Shown here: piece after piece, positions 62,324 to 64,000 of the stretch | How positions within the stretch are numbered: position 1 is the first letter of the stretch | Layout: each line of letters opens with the position of its first letter | Source: Chamaesiphon sp. | GTDB taxonomy: Bacteria > Cyanobacteriota > Cyanobacteriia > Cyanobacteriales > Chamaesiphonaceae | Assembly (NCBI GenBank): GCA_965246715.1 | Contig: CBDFFH010000021.1 | Location: forward strand, 32,001-96,000 | Length of the DNA: 64,000 bases | Direction of reading: 5' to 3' | Notes under the pieces: model-generated | The model's database searches: none | What the model saw: the letters and a program-made list of their open reading frames with translations, nothing else | What the model was told of the DNA's origin: nothing | Translations under genes and position numbers: made by a program

Positions 62324-63325
62324 ATGTTGATTCGGGATCTGGGCGAACAGGGATTATTAAAATTAATTCAGCCTTATTGTCTGCCAAATACGATCGGGGA
62401 TGATGGCGCGATCGTGCGGGCATCTCCGGATCTCGAACTGGTGGTAACTACCGATGTATTGGTGGATGGGGTGCATTTTAGCGATCGCACGACTACTGCC
62501 TATGATGTCGGTTGGCGCTCGGTGGCTGCTAACTTATCAGATCTAGCAGCAATGGGGGCACGACCGCTGGGGATTACGGTGGGCTTGAGTTTGCCTCCCG
62601 AGTTACCTGTTGCGTGGTTGGAGCAGCTTTATGCGGGGATGCAGGCTTGTCTGCTGCGCTATGGGACAGGGATTATCGGTGGGGATTTGACTCGATCGAG
62701 TGTCACTACAGTAGCAATTACGGCTGTGGGTGAAGTTAAATCCGATCGCGCGATCCGTCGCAGTACCGCACAAGTAGGGGATGCGATCGTCATTACGGGT
62801 TATCATGGCAATTCTCATGGTGGCTTGCAATTGTTACTCCAACCCAAATTAGGGCAGCAGTTAACTCCAAGAGAGCGCGAAATTTTAATTACAGCGCATC
62901 AGCGTCCCCACCCAAGGCTGGATGTTTTGCCGATTCTCGATGAGTTAGTCCCAGCGTCTAACCAAGTATTTGCAGTTGCGGGGATGGATAGTAGCGATGG
63001 ATTGGCGGATGCGATCGTCCAGATTTGTCGATCGAGTGGGGTCGGTGCGAGATTGGATCGATCGGCGATTCCCTTATCATCATCGCTCACTCGATTATTT
63101 CCAGATACGGCACTAGCGTCAGCTCTAGATGGTGGCGAGGACTTCGAGCTAGTTTTGTGTTTGCCAGAATTCCAGGCTGCTCTGCTGGTCGATAAGCTCG
63201 ATCCCGGAGCCGCAATTATTGGCACAATTACTCGAGCGCTAGAAATTTTAGTAGTAGATCCTGACGATCGATTTCCACCGATCGATCTCGATTTACGCTC
63301 GGGATTTCAACATTTTTCTAATTGA
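62324..63325 (+). CDS. thiL: Thiamine-monophosphate kinase
   Basis: IGDDGA, TTDVLVDGVHF, NLSDLAAMG, GGD, MDSSDGL, GGEDFEL. Confidence 0.95.
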   Translation: MLIRDLGEQGLLKLIQPYCLPNTIGDDGAIVRASPDLELVVTTDVLVDGVHFSDRTTTAYDVGWRSVAANLSDLAAMGARPLGITVGLSLPPELPVAWLEQLYAGMQACLLRYGTGIIGGDLTRSSVTTVAITAVGEVKSDRAIRRSTAQVGDAIVITGYHGNSHGGLQLLLQPKLGQQLTPREREILITAHQRPHPRLDVLPILDELVPASNQVFAVAGMDSSDGLADAIVQICRSSGVGARLDRSAIPLSSSLTRLFPDTALASALDGGEDFELVLCLPEFQAALLVDKLDPGAAIIGTITRALEILVVDPDDRFPPIDLDLRSGFQHFSN

Positions 63326-63480
63326 TGTTCGGGTTTTAGCCGTTACTCGATCGACTAAAGTAAGCCTTCCGCTGATGTCGCGATCCCCGATCCCGCCAAA
63401 TGACTGACTTAGATTCGGTCATGTGAGCGATAAGCAAAATCGATTACATGGGTTACAACAGAGGCATGTTTACTTCGTAA

Positions 63481-63726
63481 ATGGTGCGACCGATCGTTAT
63501 GACTAACCTCGTCAAGATGCTCGATGCTTTAGATACTGCGCTCTCTGTTGAAGAGGAATTAGCGATTCAAATGCCGCTGTTCGATTTATTTACAGCCGAT
63601 CGCACCGATTCAGAACCTAATTCGCTCGTCCAAAAATGCGATGAAATCTTAGCAAGTCTGTCGTCTTCAACGAACATTGAAGACGACAGACTCAATACTC
63701 AACTAGCCATCGGCGGTGAAATTTAA
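63481..63726 (+). CDS. Small acidic hypothetical protein
   Basis: 81-aa ORF (ATG 63499 is an alternative start) followed by a hairpin near 63774-63793. Confidence 0.45.
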   Translation: MVRPIVMTNLVKMLDALDTALSVEEELAIQMPLFDLFTADRTDSEPNSLVQKCDEILASLSSSTNIEDDRLNTQLAIGGEI

Positions 63727-64000
63727 CAATTGATTGAGATTTAGATGCCGATCGATCGTTTCAATCGTGATGAATGAGCGGGGTTCGCTCATTAAAGTCA
63801 TTGGTAAGTGTGTCGGCACAAATATTGACAACATCAAATTGCTTGAGATTCACAGATGATTACAGCATAGTTCAAGAACTTGTAGTTATTCGATTGTAAA
63901 GCCAGAAGCTATTAAATTTCTAGAGTGATAATAAATTTCGAGAAATAAAGCCCCTAATCATTAGTGAGCAAGGGCTAAGGGCTTTAGGATGTGATAAGGC

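Overview
This is a 64-kb chromosomal window from a cyanobacterium, indicated by dense CGATCG/GCGATCGC (HIP1-type) palindromes, heptamer tandem repeats, aar, glpX, sigC and PEP-CTERM genes; it looks Chamaesiphon-like, but that is only an impression. It mostly holds housekeeping genes (folE, accA, aar, lipB, pgsA, aqpZ, A-adding nucleotidyltransferase, ffh, rnz, tolC, feoAB, leuA, lexA, dapF, pntAB, sigC, recQ, hemA, glpX, thiL). Small accessory modules lie among them: an inactivated ABC-ATPase + TOPRIM-like pair, a GIY-YIG + small RHH-like pair, NADAR, Uma2, hicBA and a decayed LRR gene. I recognised no rRNA, tRNA, CRISPR array or intact transposase. The most striking unexplained structure is non-coding, a nested set of tiny mobile elements: several short inverted-repeat (MITE-like) families, some with long 10-17 bp target duplications, carry REP-like hairpins. 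Those hairpins are themselves invaded by a ~50-bp AGCGA...TCAAGAC element whose copies show compensatory stem changes and insert immediately 5' of an AG. Products were assigned by motif recognition only, with no database search.
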